From: Vicugna vicugna
Lineage: Eukaryota
Length of the DNA: 64,000 nt
Assembly: GCA_013265495.1 (NCBI GenBank)
Contig: MU058384.1
Location: 2,827,010-2,891,009 of the forward strand
Direction: 5' to 3'
This document shows, in pieces, positions 63,296 through 64,000 of this stretch. Within the stretch, counting starts at the first letter, position 1, and each line of letters begins with the position of its first letter. The notes under the pieces are model-generated. The model was not told where the DNA came from. It was given only the letters and a program-made list of their open reading frames with translations, and searched no databases. The translations under genes and the position numbers were made by a program.

Positions 63296-64000
63296 GAAGA
63301 GCTGATAGATTCCAATTCCTTTAACCCTTCTCCTCTTCTTCTTCTTCTTTTTTTTTTACATTTTTTTCATTAAAATTTTTTCTGTTTCATTTTACTTTCA
63401 TTTGTATTAAATAATATTTTATGGTATATTCCTCTATTTATCTAATGGTTTGAAACATATGCCTACTATGTTATTATGACATCTGTTAGCAAACTCTTTG
63501 AAAATTAGATTTGATCACTAATATATTTTGGATGGAGGAGACATTAATATACTTACTTGGACATGTAATATCAAGCTGTCCTTTCCTCAAAAATACAAAA
63601 TTCCACATAGACAACAAAAGAAACATAAAGTCAGCCTAAGTAAGATGTTTCTAAATTCTGCGGTTAAATACTTGTGGTACATTTTGCACAGACCTACAAA
63701 CTATTCTGCTGCCTTGCAGGGTGTGTGTAGTTTGTCCTGGGCCAATGGGGATAATTCTTTTGTGGATCCAGAAGCCTCTGTGTCAACAATTTCTGTTCCA
63801 CGTTTCAAAACTACTCCTGTTTTTTTTTTTTAAACTGTGAAAAAGGCCATTTTTTTTCATATCTATTTATTAAGTGCATTTTTTTTTACCAGCCATAATA
63901 TTGCATGCTTTCTTTCCCAGTCTGTCTATGGCTATTGGAAAGCTGTAGGTCTCAGACTTAAATAAAAATATCAGTCTTCTATTTTGAAAATGGTCTCCAG

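Noticed and set aside
192..63833. The many 60-170 aa ORFs in the supplied track as host genes
   Set aside because: None resembles a protein I recognise apart from L1 ORF2 remnants. Most overlap repeats or low-complexity DNA, and ORFs of these lengths are expected by chance.

Overview
Mammalian genomic DNA, most likely camelid: it carries three tRNA-derived Vic-type SINEs and cetartiodactyl-type L1 3' ends. The window is dominated by interspersed repeats (L2, MIR, L1, ERV1/ERVL/MaLR solo LTRs, hAT MERs) and simple repeats, and has one 173-nt N gap. No host protein-coding gene could be recognised; the only ORFs with recognisable protein similarity are L1 ORF2 remnants. The best-supported non-trivial structures are (i) a head-to-tail ~2.24 kb tandem duplication (34357-38830, ~99.5% identical) that includes a transcription-factor-motif-rich segment and may be real or an assembly artefact, (ii) a probable + strand terminal exon/3' UTR at 10266-~10825 of an unidentified gene, and (iii) several nested transposon insertions with readable target-site duplications (TSDs). 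I did not find evidence for a new biological system. Repeat family names come from recalled consensus sequences, not a database search, and boundaries without a TSD are approximate.
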